From a bacterium (GTDB taxonomy: Bacteria > Patescibacteriota > Microgenomatia > Curtissbacterales > GWA2-41-24), in the NCBI GenBank assembly GCA_021813945.1, contig JAKAJD010000001.1:9744-73743 (forward strand): a stretch of DNA of 64,000 bases, written 5' to 3'. Both the position numbers and the translations under genes were made by a program. Shown one piece after another: positions 49,000 to 58,918 of this stretch. A model generated the notes under the pieces. The model was not told where the DNA came from and ran no database searches. It saw only the letters and a program-made list of their open reading frames with translations. Numbering within the stretch: the stretch's first letter is position 1; each line of letters starts with the position of its first letter.

Positions 49000-50076
49000 A
49001 TGGCAATTGTGAAAAGCCAACTAGTCAAGCTCCCAGGTCTTGTCGATGTCCATGTTCATCTACGCGAACCTGGTGGCACACAAAAAGAGGATTTCGCATC
49101 TGGGACCAAAGCGGCAATCGCTGGAGGGTACACTCAAATTCTAGATATGCCAAACAACACTCCGCCCACAATTGATCTAAAATCCTTAAAAAACAAAATT
49201 GACCTCGCAAAAGGCCGAATTTATTCCGACCTGGGTTTTAATTTTGGTGGCAACGCTCAGTCAATAGAATATTTTCCAAAAATATACAAAAAAGCATTTG
49301 GTTTAAAAGTTTATATGAACCAAACGACTGGAACCTTATTAGTCGACAAGAATGAAGAGAGAGAAATGATCTTTAAATACTGGAAGAGCGATCTGCCAAT
49401 AATGGTTCATGCTGAAGGCGAAACTGTTGAAATCGCAATAAAACTCGCAAGAAAGTTTAAGAAAAGGCTTCACGTTTGCCACATTACCCCCGATCAATTA
49501 TCCTCAATATCGAAAGCTAGAAAAGCCGGATTAAAAATAAGTTGTGAAGTTTGTCCACACCATCTGTTTTTAAATCAAAAAGACGAAAAAAAACTTGGCC
49601 CATTAGGTATTATGAAACCTCATTTACTAACTGAGATTGAACAAAAAAAGCTTTGGCAAGATCTCGACAAAGTGGATATGATCTCAACTGATCATGCTCC
49701 ACATACTCTTGAAGAAAAATATGATCAGACCGCCCCTAAATTTGGAGTACCCGGCCTTGAAACAACAGTACCATTATTTTTTGAAGCCATAAGCAAAGGT
49801 AAAATTACTCTTAAAAGATTCATTGAAATGACTTCCAAAAATCCCAAAACAATATTTAAACTTCCCAAACAACCTCAAACGCATGTCATAATCGAAACTA
49901 CCGAACCATTCAAAATATCTTCACTCAATCTATTTACTAAATGCAACTGGACACCATTTAAAAATCTTTACGGCGCAGGAAAAATTAAAAAAGTTGTATT
50001 AAGAGGTAAAACTGTCTTTAAAGACGGCCAATTCATCGACAAACCTCAAGGAAAAGTTATTACCCCAAATGTATAA
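49000..50076 (+). CDS. pyrC: Dihydroorotase-like cyclic amidohydrolase
   Basis: LVDVHVHLREPGG, KVYMN and DHAPH are metal-ligand motifs of class I DHOase. Length 358 aa. Confidence 0.7.
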   Translation: MAIVKSQLVKLPGLVDVHVHLREPGGTQKEDFASGTKAAIAGGYTQILDMPNNTPPTIDLKSLKNKIDLAKGRIYSDLGFNFGGNAQSIEYFPKIYKKAFGLKVYMNQTTGTLLVDKNEEREMIFKYWKSDLPIMVHAEGETVEIAIKLARKFKKRLHVCHITPDQLSSISKARKAGLKISCEVCPHHLFLNQKDEKKLGPLGIMKPHLLTEIEQKKLWQDLDKVDMISTDHAPHTLEEKYDQTAPKFGVPGLETTVPLFFEAISKGKITLKRFIEMTSKNPKTIFKLPKQPQTHVIIETTEPFKISSLNLFTKCNWTPFKNLYGAGKIKKVVLRGKTVFKDGQFIDKPQGKVITPNV

Positions 50077-50743
50077 TCAGGACTATTATTCAAACAAACC
50101 TAAAGTTAAATTATTTTTTGACATCGAAACTATTCCAGCTGAAGAGAAATTTAGAGATTTAGTAATAAATTTGGGTCTTCAAAAAGAAAATAAAAAAAAC
50201 AAAACAAAAATCAAAAGATTATCAAAATCTAAAAAACAGTCTCTTTATGAACAAAGCGCTATCTCAGGTGATTTTGGCAGAATTCTTTGCATCGGTTACG
50301 CAATAGAGAACGGTTCACTATCAGTAATTACCGGTCCCGAAGCGGACATTCTTAAAACTTGGTGGACAGTTGCCGATAAGGCCGATCTTTTTATAGGCCA
50401 CAACATCATGGATTTTGATCTTAGGTTTATTTTCAAAAGATCAATTGTTCACCATATTAAACCTTGTGCTAGGCATTTAAATTTGTCATTTGCCCGGTAT
50501 AAAAATTTTCCCATCTACGATACTATGCGTGAATGGGAAAAATGGAACCCTGAAAGCTTCATTAAACTTGACACTCTAGCAAAGGTTTTAAATCTCGAAT
50601 CGTCTAAATCAGACGGTATAGATGGCTCCCAAGTTTTTGAGTTCTATAAAAAGGGAAAACTTGATGCAATTTACGAATATTGCAAAAAGGACGTTAAGCT
50701 TACGCGCGAAGTCTATGAGCGCATGTCATTTACCACCTCTTAA
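50069..50743 (+). CDS. Predicted DEDDy 3'-5' exonuclease related to the PolB exonuclease domain (COG3298-like)
   Basis: Exo I FDIETIP, Exo II HNIMDFDLRF, Exo III YCKKDVKLTREVY. Confidence 0.6.
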   Translation: MYNQDYYSNKPKVKLFFDIETIPAEEKFRDLVINLGLQKENKKNKTKIKRLSKSKKQSLYEQSAISGDFGRILCIGYAIENGSLSVITGPEADILKTWWTVADKADLFIGHNIMDFDLRFIFKRSIVHHIKPCARHLNLSFARYKNFPIYDTMREWEKWNPESFIKLDTLAKVLNLESSKSDGIDGSQVFEFYKKGKLDAIYEYCKKDVKLTREVYERMSFTTS

Positions 50744-50820
50744 TCTTTAGGTTGAAATCTAATTGGGAGTGAAATATTGCCAATTCTAATGTAAGATAAA
50801 GTATCGCAAGTTTAGCTTCC

Positions 50821-52446
50821 ATGCAAAGGCACAAAATCTTACTAATTGTTATTCTAATTCTTGCGGCATTCCTGCGTTTTTATCACCTCGGCCAAAACCC
50901 TCCTAGCCTAGATTGGGATGAAACCGCCGAAGGCTATAATGCTTATTCTATTCTCAAGACTGGCATGGATGAGTACGGAAAAAAGTTCCCTTTATCTTTT
51001 CGCTCTTTCGACGATTATAAACCACCTCTTTACACCTATATGACCGTTCCGTCGGTTGGTTTATTTGGCCTAAACGATTTCGCAGTGCGTTTTCCGTCGG
51101 CGCTTCTTGGCACATTTGCGATATTAACAACCTATTTAATGGTTTTGGAGCTTTTCGGCAATCGAAAAATTGCCCTGTTTTCTGCTTTATTTTTAACAAT
51201 TTCCCCCTGGCATCTTCAGTTTTCGCGCGTTGGATTTGAAACCAATAGCACCATTTTTTGGGCAACACTTGGAACATGGGCTTTTTTAAAGGGGATAAAC
51301 GCAAGTGGTAAAAAAATCGCGTTGTGGTTATCCCTAGCGTCCACCGCCTTTGGTCTTAATCTTTTTATGTACCATAATTCACGTGTTTTTATCCCGCTTT
51401 TTTCTGTGGTTCTAATATTCCTTTTTAAAGGCAAACTCCTTAATATAAAAAAATACCTCATTGTACCCGCAATTATCGCTGTAATTTTTTCATCATTACT
51501 TATTCCAATTATTTTTTCTATCCAGGGACAACTACGATATGAAGGTACAACAGTCTTTTCAGATCTCTCGCCACTTTATAAAGCATCCGCCAAAATTGAA
51601 GTTGACAGGCAAGATGGAATGCTTGCAATTGGGAAAATATTGCACAATAGGCGCTTAGTTTATGCGCCAATCATTTTAAACAATTACCTATCCCACTTAA
51701 ATCCGACATTTTTGTTTTTCACTGCAGACATGAACAGGCACCACGCACCCGGAATAGGCCTGCTATACCTTTGGGATTTGCCATTTATTCTGGCAGGAAT
51801 TTATTTTCTCATTAAAAATAAGTTTGACACGAAATCAAAAGTGATAATTTTTTCCTGGTTTTTTCTTGCTCCGGTTGCTGCATCTGTTACCTGGGGCGTG
51901 CCTCACTCGTTGCGCTCAGAAATGTACATTCCAACTTATCAAATTTTTGCAGCCATAGGTATATATACTCTTTATTCATATATAAAACCCAAAAAAGTTT
52001 TTGCGATCTTTGCCAGCCTAGCCCTTTTTATAAACTTCGCCTACTATCTCCACCAATATTATGTCCACATGCCAGTTGAATTTTCCCAAGACTGGTTATA
52101 TGGGAGAAAAGAAGCAGCGCTTACATCAAATCAACTTAAAGATAACTACAGTCGTGTTATTGTCTCGACTAAACTTGAGCAGCCGCATGAGTTCTGGCTT
52201 TATTACCTGAAATACGATCCCAAAAAATATTTAAGTGAAGGTGGAACAGTTTCAGGTGGATTTTTGGAAGACAGGAATCATTTTGACAAGTTTTACTTCA
52301 AACCTATTAATTTTGCCAAGCAATCTCAAGAAGAAAAAACTTTATTTGTTGGAACACAATCCGAATTTCCCGAAAACTCTAAAGTTATTAAGAAAATAAA
52401 TTATCTAAATGGGCAGCCAGCAATATATATAGTTTCGGGAGTATAA
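50821..52446 (+). CDS. ArnT/PMT-like GT-C glycosyltransferase (tandem paralog 1 of 6)
   Basis: LDWDETAEGYNAYSILKTGMDEYGKKFPL...ISPWHLQFSR. Confidence 0.7.
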   Translation: MQRHKILLIVILILAAFLRFYHLGQNPPSLDWDETAEGYNAYSILKTGMDEYGKKFPLSFRSFDDYKPPLYTYMTVPSVGLFGLNDFAVRFPSALLGTFAILTTYLMVLELFGNRKIALFSALFLTISPWHLQFSRVGFETNSTIFWATLGTWAFLKGINASGKKIALWLSLASTAFGLNLFMYHNSRVFIPLFSVVLIFLFKGKLLNIKKYLIVPAIIAVIFSSLLIPIIFSIQGQLRYEGTTVFSDLSPLYKASAKIEVDRQDGMLAIGKILHNRRLVYAPIILNNYLSHLNPTFLFFTADMNRHHAPGIGLLYLWDLPFILAGIYFLIKNKFDTKSKVIIFSWFFLAPVAASVTWGVPHSLRSEMYIPTYQIFAAIGIYTLYSYIKPKKVFAIFASLALFINFAYYLHQYYVHMPVEFSQDWLYGRKEAALTSNQLKDNYSRVIVSTKLEQPHEFWLYYLKYDPKKYLSEGGTVSGGFLEDRNHFDKFYFKPINFAKQSQEEKTLFVGTQSEFPENSKVIKKINYLNGQPAIYIVSGV

Positions 52447-52449
52447 CAA

Positions 52450-54084
52450 ATGAATCAGTACAAAAACTTACTTAATTCAAAATTACTCATAATTTTAATA
52501 GTTATTCTAGCTTTTGTATTAAGAACATACAAACTTTCAAATGTTCCGCCATCGCTCTATTGGGACGAAGCTTCTCTGGGTTACAATGCATATTCCATTC
52601 TTAAAACAGCACACGACGAGCATGGTAAATTCCTACCATTAACAAATTTTGGTGCATACGGCGATTACAAACCACCGCTTTATATTTATGCAACCGTCCC
52701 ATCGATTTTTATCTTTGGTTTGACGGAATTCGCAATACGCTTCCCGTCTGCGCTTTTTGGAACACTAACCATTTTACTTACGTATTTTCTTGCAAAGAAA
52801 TTTTTCGAAAATGAGGCAATCGCACTTTTATCTGCATTGTTCTTGGCGATTTCCCCCTGGCATCTGCAGTTTTCAAGAGGTGCCTTTGAAGCAAATTTAG
52901 GACTCTTTTTATCCGTTTTAGGAGTTTTGACATTTATTAAATTTGCGAAGGATAGACCACTATATATTTTTATGTCAGCAGGTTCTTTTCTAGCCGCCAT
53001 GTATACGTTTACTGGTCAAAGATTATTTGCCCCATTTATTCTAGTAGTGCTTTGTTTTCAGTTCAGAAAAGAATTAATCAAAAATTGGAAATACGTCCTA
53101 GTCGCAGCCTTTCTTTCGGCAATATTGTTTTGGCCACTTTTTAGGTTCGTTACAGGAACAATTGAAGGGAAACTTCGCTTTAACGAGGTTACTATATTTA
53201 AAGATTTAAAGCCGATCAACGATTCAATAAGATTTAAAAACGAAGATAATTTCTCCTGGTGGTCGGGGATAACGCATAACCGCCGTCTTTTTTACATAAA
53301 TCAATATTTGATCCATTATTTCGATGCCTTTAATCCTACATTTTTATTTTTTCAGGGAGACGTTAATCCACGCCTTTCGATCCAGGCGATAGGAGAGCTT
53401 TACTTTTTTGACTTATTTTTGATTCTGGCAGGAATATATTTTCTTTTCAATAAAAAACAAAAATTTCGCTTTTTGATTATGGGTTGGTTATTAATATCTC
53501 CCCTCGGCCCAGCAACTGCCAGGGAAACACCGCATGCCTTAAGGATGATCCATATTCTGCCTACCTTTCAGCTAGTGGCAGCATATGGCACTTACCAAAT
53601 ATATCAACTTATTAAATTCAAAAAAATGTTTGTTATAGGTTCAATAGTAATAATTTTAGCCAGCTTCTTTTACTACTTACACATGTATTATGTACATTAT
53701 CCGCGAGAAAATTCCGGAGAGTGGCAGTATGGTTATAAGCAAGCCGTTGAATACCTTAGCCCCTTATATAATAATGTAGATCATGTGGTTGTCACAGAAG
53801 CTTATGGCAGGCCTTATATATACTTTCTAATTTATATGAAAATCGACCCCAAAAATTATTACCAACATGCAAGTGTTTCAAGAGACGACCAATTTTTTTA
53901 TCACGTCAACTCGTTTGACAAGCTAATATTTTCAAATTCACCGACAAGTTACGCTCTTCCCGGTAAAACAATTTTTGTTACGACACCAGGGAACTTACCG
54001 ACAAATACTAAACTTCTCGAGACAGTTAGCCAGCTGGATCAAAAACCGGTGTTTGATATAGGAGAAACTGTGAATGAAAAATAA
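52450..54084 (+). CDS. ArnT/PMT-like GT-C glycosyltransferase (tandem paralog 2 of 6)
   Basis: LYWDEASLGYNAYSILKTAHDEHGKFLPL...ISPWHLQFSR. Confidence 0.7.
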   Translation: MNQYKNLLNSKLLIILIVILAFVLRTYKLSNVPPSLYWDEASLGYNAYSILKTAHDEHGKFLPLTNFGAYGDYKPPLYIYATVPSIFIFGLTEFAIRFPSALFGTLTILLTYFLAKKFFENEAIALLSALFLAISPWHLQFSRGAFEANLGLFLSVLGVLTFIKFAKDRPLYIFMSAGSFLAAMYTFTGQRLFAPFILVVLCFQFRKELIKNWKYVLVAAFLSAILFWPLFRFVTGTIEGKLRFNEVTIFKDLKPINDSIRFKNEDNFSWWSGITHNRRLFYINQYLIHYFDAFNPTFLFFQGDVNPRLSIQAIGELYFFDLFLILAGIYFLFNKKQKFRFLIMGWLLISPLGPATARETPHALRMIHILPTFQLVAAYGTYQIYQLIKFKKMFVIGSIVIILASFFYYLHMYYVHYPRENSGEWQYGYKQAVEYLSPLYNNVDHVVVTEAYGRPYIYFLIYMKIDPKNYYQHASVSRDDQFFYHVNSFDKLIFSNSPTSYALPGKTIFVTTPGNLPTNTKLLETVSQLDQKPVFDIGETVNEK

Positions 54085-55567
54085 ACCAGTATTCGTCTGG
54101 GTAATTCTGTCGTTTGCCTATTTTGCCACACGCCTTATTAACCTCAAAATCCTTCCAATTTTTACAGATGAAGCAATCTATTCATTTTGGGCCCAAGTAG
54201 CGCTTCATGATCCTGCAAATCGTTTTATATCCTTAGAAGATGGTAAGCAGCCGCTATTTATATGGATTGCGGCGACGTTTCAAAAATTCATATCTGACCC
54301 GCTTATTGCCACAAGGCTGGTTTCAGTTTTTGCTGGGTTTGGGTCGCTAATAGGCATTTATCTTGTTTCAAATCTGCTATTTAATAATAAAAAAATTGCC
54401 TGGACAGCATGCTTCCTCTATATAATTTTTCCTTTCACTCTCCTTTACGATAGAATGGGCATTTTTGACTCTCTTTTAACAATGATTGGAATTTGGGCAG
54501 TATTTTTCTCAGTCAAAATGGCCAAAGATCCAAAATTAGATTTAGCAATGTTGAATGGGATTACAATAGGGCTTGGACTTATCACAAAATCATCAGCCGA
54601 ATTTTACCTATACTTGCTTCCATTTTCGCTAATATTTTTTAATTTTTCAAAAAAAGATCGCAGCAATAGATTTTACCATTGGTTGGGCTGGTCGGCTATC
54701 ACCTTTCTTATTGCTGAAGTTATCTATAATTCCCTTCGGCTATCACAATTTTTCTACATAATTGGAAGAAAAAATATGGAATTTATAAGATCCGTTTCAG
54801 AAGTAATTAAAAATCCTCTTGAGTTTTCAGTATCCAATTTCCACGCTCTAACGCAATGGGTATATACCTATATGGGCGCCGTTTTCTTTTTTGTCTTTCT
54901 GGCAGGTTTAATTTACGGTCTATACAAAAGAAAACATCAAATCATCTATCTTGCAGTACTAATTTTTGCGCCCTTTTCTGCAGAGGTCATTTTCAACAAA
55001 GTCTTATATGCAAGATTTGCCTTGTTTTACTTTCCATACGTAATCATTATCTTGTCGTTTACAATTGTTACTCTTTTTGAACTCTTCTCTAAATATAAGA
55101 AGGTAATCATCGCAATAGTAATTTTGGGCCTCATTGTGCCCTTATCCACGTCTTTTTTTCTTTTGACTAACCCGCCGAAAGCCAACATTGCTGACAACGA
55201 CAAAAATCAATACATTAATGATTGGCCGGCTGGGTATGGAGTATCAGAAATTATCAATATTCTAAAACAGGAATCATCAAAAGGAGATGTTTACGTTGGG
55301 ACAGAAGGAACTTTTGGTCTTTATCCTTATAGTCTTCAAGTCTATTTTTATAGTAATCCCAATGTTCACATATACGGTTATTGGCCAGTAGATGCAAACA
55401 GTCTTCCAAAACAGATAATTGATTTCTCAAAAGATTATAAAACATATTTTATCTATAACTTTACTCAAGCTTCTATAGCCGATAAGCATACCCATTTAGT
55501 TGCTAAATATCAAAAAGGTAGTGGTAACAGCTATATGAGACTATTCCAAGTGGAATATGACCGCTAA
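54074..55567 (+). CDS. ArnT-like GT-C glycosyltransferase, divergent subfamily (tandem paralog 3 of 6)
   Basis: IFTDEAIYSFWAQ...GKQPLFIW is the classic ArnT-type first loop; it lacks the YNAYSILKTG signature of its neighbours. It overlaps the upstream gene by 11 nt. Confidence 0.65.
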   Translation: MKNKPVFVWVILSFAYFATRLINLKILPIFTDEAIYSFWAQVALHDPANRFISLEDGKQPLFIWIAATFQKFISDPLIATRLVSVFAGFGSLIGIYLVSNLLFNNKKIAWTACFLYIIFPFTLLYDRMGIFDSLLTMIGIWAVFFSVKMAKDPKLDLAMLNGITIGLGLITKSSAEFYLYLLPFSLIFFNFSKKDRSNRFYHWLGWSAITFLIAEVIYNSLRLSQFFYIIGRKNMEFIRSVSEVIKNPLEFSVSNFHALTQWVYTYMGAVFFFVFLAGLIYGLYKRKHQIIYLAVLIFAPFSAEVIFNKVLYARFALFYFPYVIIILSFTIVTLFELFSKYKKVIIAIVILGLIVPLSTSFFLLTNPPKANIADNDKNQYINDWPAGYGVSEIINILKQESSKGDVYVGTEGTFGLYPYSLQVYFYSNPNVHIYGYWPVDANSLPKQIIDFSKDYKTYFIYNFTQASIADKHTHLVAKYQKGSGNSYMRLFQVEYDR

Positions 55568-57224
55568 ACTATCATCAATTTATATTTTCATCTTCATAAT
55601 TGTCCTTGCCGCCTCCCTCAGGTTAATCAACTTGGGTTCAATTCCCAATGGATTCAGCGACGACGAGGCAGCATTTGGATACAATGCATACTCTATTTTA
55701 AAAACCGGTCGAGACGAATGGGGTAAATTATTACCCCTCACCAATTTCCAAAGCTTCGGTGACTACAAGCTACCTGTGTATTTTTATCTAACTTCTGTTT
55801 CAATTTCATTTTTTGGACTGTCGGAATTTGCAGTCAGATTTCCAACAGCATTTTTTGGGATCCTTTCTATTATTCTGACTTACTTCCTAATCAAAAGATT
55901 ATTTGATGAAAAAACAGCCCTTTTAGCATCGTTTCTGCTCACAATTTCTCCCTTTCATATATTCGTTTCGCGCCACGCTTTAGAATCCGCTGTCCCAATT
56001 TTTTTCAACCTTGCGGCGGTATTATTTTTTTTGAAATCATTTAAACGGAAAAAGTTAATTTATATTTCGGCCATTTTTTTTGCTATCAATCTTTATATAT
56101 ATCGTTCAACCTGGATTTTTGTACCAGTATACTTTGGGGCCCTACTGTTTTTATTTAAAGAAGAAATTTCAAAAAATCTAAGAAATACGATCTACGCTCT
56201 GCTAATCTTCGCAGCCCTTGCAACACCAATTGCTATTACTGCTGTATCCCCGAGTGGAACTTCAAGAGTGAGACAAATTGGCATAACATCTCAATTTAAC
56301 ATGATAGGTCTGGTTAATGATGTCAACAGCAACAAGCAAATATGCATTCAAAAGCTGCCGATATTGGTTTGCCAAATCACATACAACAAATACTCAGCCT
56401 TGTTGAAGAAATACGTATCAAACTATATTAGCCATTATTCTCCTCAATTACTCTTTATTTCCGGATCTCCGGATGGTGAACAAATGTTAAAAGGAAGAGG
56501 ATTTTTATATTTTTTTGAGCTACCTTTTATAGTAATTGGGATCATTTATCTTGGAAAAAATCGAAAGAGTTTCCAGTCAAAAATAATTTTACCTTGGCTT
56601 CTCATCTACCCATTGGCTTCAGCTAGTACCGGCTTTGAAACACCCGGAAGACAAGCAATTATGATGCCTGTATGGGAAATAATAACGGCTGCCGGCTTTT
56701 TTAGTTTAGTTTTTTACCTTGAGCAAAGAAAAAATCTTATATTTAAAAAAATTCTTATAGTTTTTTTTGCGTTAATTGTCGCGTTCGAATTTGGTGGATT
56801 TTTCGTGGATTATTTCTACATCTACCCGAAAATTTCTGGTCCCTATTTTAGATACGGTTACAGAGAGCTTTTTTCATATCTTAAAAACCAACAAAATGAT
56901 TACGATAGAATTCTAATTTCAAACAAGCTAGACGCTTCACATCAATACATCTTTTTGCTTTTTTACTCCAAGATAAGCCCCAAAGATTATCAGAATCCGT
57001 CTTATTTCGATAGGCATATCAACGATCATGGATGGGTAGAGGTTACGAGAATGGGAAAATATTACTTTTATGCCTCAAAACCCGGTCTGAATGGACAACC
57101 CCAAAAAACTCTAGTCGTAGTTGGAAAGGGCGAGGTTCAATCTGGCCCTAAACCAATTTACACAATAGATTTTCCAGACGGCCACAAAGCGTTTGAGGTA
57201 TATCAGCTTGAAAAAATTATATGA
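55557..57224 (+). CDS. ArnT/PMT-like GT-C glycosyltransferase (tandem paralog 4 of 6)
   Basis: GFSDDEAAFGYNAYSILKTGRDEWGKLLPL...ISPFHIFVSR. Confidence 0.7.
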   Translation: MTAKLSSIYIFIFIIVLAASLRLINLGSIPNGFSDDEAAFGYNAYSILKTGRDEWGKLLPLTNFQSFGDYKLPVYFYLTSVSISFFGLSEFAVRFPTAFFGILSIILTYFLIKRLFDEKTALLASFLLTISPFHIFVSRHALESAVPIFFNLAAVLFFLKSFKRKKLIYISAIFFAINLYIYRSTWIFVPVYFGALLFLFKEEISKNLRNTIYALLIFAALATPIAITAVSPSGTSRVRQIGITSQFNMIGLVNDVNSNKQICIQKLPILVCQITYNKYSALLKKYVSNYISHYSPQLLFISGSPDGEQMLKGRGFLYFFELPFIVIGIIYLGKNRKSFQSKIILPWLLIYPLASASTGFETPGRQAIMMPVWEIITAAGFFSLVFYLEQRKNLIFKKILIVFFALIVAFEFGGFFVDYFYIYPKISGPYFRYGYRELFSYLKNQQNDYDRILISNKLDASHQYIFLLFYSKISPKDYQNPSYFDRHINDHGWVEVTRMGKYYFYASKPGLNGQPQKTLVVVGKGEVQSGPKPIYTIDFPDGHKAFEVYQLEKII

Positions 57225-58918
57225 AAAGATATTTATTTACTGGCAATTTAAATATATTCAAAAATCTAATAAAGAGAAACATGTTTTTAATTTTGATAAT
57301 CATTTTAGCTTGTGTATTACGTTTTTACATGTTAACAACGATTCCAATTGGTTTCGGTGATGATGAAGCAGCATTCGGATATAATGCTTACTCTTTGCTT
57401 AAAACTGGTCATGATGAATGGGGAAAATATTTTCCATTCCCTGTTTTTGAAAGTTTTGGAGATTGGAAACTTGCGCTTTACCTATATTTGGTGGCTATTA
57501 GTCAATTCTTCCTGGGTGTTACTGTTTTTGCGACCCGATTTCCTTCTGCGGCAATCGGGGTTCTCGCAGTCGTGGCAACCTATTTACTTACAAAAGAATT
57601 ATTCGATAAAAAAATTGCTCTGGTTGCCTCGTTGTTAATCACGATATCTCCATGGCACATCGCGGCTTCGAGAAACGCTTATGAATCTGATTTATTAATT
57701 TTTACAATAACTCTTGGTACCTATTTTTTTCTAAAAGGCCTGAAGAAAAAGTATTATATTACGTTGAGTTTCTTAATATTCGGATTGTCGTTTTATTTGT
57801 ATCGATCAGCCTGGACTTTCATCCCTATTTTCATTCTTTTTTTAGTATTTTTATACTGGGATAGCTTCAAAAATTTAAGGTTATTTTTGGCAAAAAATAT
57901 TTTCTTTTTTTTAATTCTTCTATTGCCTCTTATACCAACACTTATAACCTTTCGAGGCCAATCAAGATTTTTTCAAGAGAGTTTTATGTCAGGGATTCAA
58001 AACATAGGAATATCGAACGATGTGAATGAGAGAAGAGGGGATTGTGCACAATTCTTTGGAAATCTGTTCTGCAAACTTACCTATAACAAATATAATTTTT
58101 ATTTATCAAAATATATCGACAACTATATTGCTAATATTTCCCCGCAAACTTACTATCAGAACATTAACCCAACCGGATATCAATCATTTACTCCCAGGGG
58201 CTACTTCTACACATTTGAATTCCTTCTTGCTATACCAGGCTTAATTTACCTTATTAATATTAAGAAAAACTCTACAAAGATTTTATTTGTTTGGATTGTA
58301 GCTGTCCTCCTTGCACCATCATTAACAAGCGTGGGAAATCCAGGCAGACTCAATATAATTATGCCTGTACCTCAAATAATCGCTGCAATTGGTTTAATAT
58401 ATTTGATTCAAATGATTAAAAATAATAAGCTGCGTTTACCATTTATCATACTAGCAACTACGGTGGTAACTTTATCCTTTATTAGATTTGTTGCTGACAC
58501 AATGAGCTACTATCCAAAATATGCTGCAATGTATCAAAGATATGGCTACGGAGAACTTTTTAAATACGTTGAAAGTCAGAAATCAAATTATTCTCAAATT
58601 ATCGTATCGAGAAAGTCAGATGACGCAAAGCAATACATTCATTATTTGTTTTTTACTAAATACGACCCTTCTAATTATCAAAAAAATGCATTTTTTTCTA
58701 GAGATAAATTAGGGTTTAGATCTGTCGATCAAATAGATAACATAAAATTTTCCTCATCCGTACCGCCTTTAAACACTATTCCTATAGGAACTATGATAGT
58801 AAGCGGAAATAACGAGTTATCGAGTAAAGATCTACGCCCCCTTAAAACGATAGTGGACCCCAAAGGCGATGTACTATTTAATGTTTATGAACTAACTGCG
58901 CACGCATATGAAGAATAA
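57221..58918 (+). CDS. ArnT/PMT-like GT-C glycosyltransferase (tandem paralog 5 of 6)
   Basis: GFGDDEAAFGYNAYSLLKTGHDEWGKYFPF...ISPWHIAASR. Confidence 0.7.
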   Translation: MKRYLFTGNLNIFKNLIKRNMFLILIIILACVLRFYMLTTIPIGFGDDEAAFGYNAYSLLKTGHDEWGKYFPFPVFESFGDWKLALYLYLVAISQFFLGVTVFATRFPSAAIGVLAVVATYLLTKELFDKKIALVASLLITISPWHIAASRNAYESDLLIFTITLGTYFFLKGLKKKYYITLSFLIFGLSFYLYRSAWTFIPIFILFLVFLYWDSFKNLRLFLAKNIFFFLILLLPLIPTLITFRGQSRFFQESFMSGIQNIGISNDVNERRGDCAQFFGNLFCKLTYNKYNFYLSKYIDNYIANISPQTYYQNINPTGYQSFTPRGYFYTFEFLLAIPGLIYLINIKKNSTKILFVWIVAVLLAPSLTSVGNPGRLNIIMPVPQIIAAIGLIYLIQMIKNNKLRLPFIILATTVVTLSFIRFVADTMSYYPKYAAMYQRYGYGELFKYVESQKSNYSQIIVSRKSDDAKQYIHYLFFTKYDPSNYQKNAFFSRDKLGFRSVDQIDNIKFSSSVPPLNTIPIGTMIVSGNNELSSKDLRPLKTIVDPKGDVLFNVYELTAHAYEE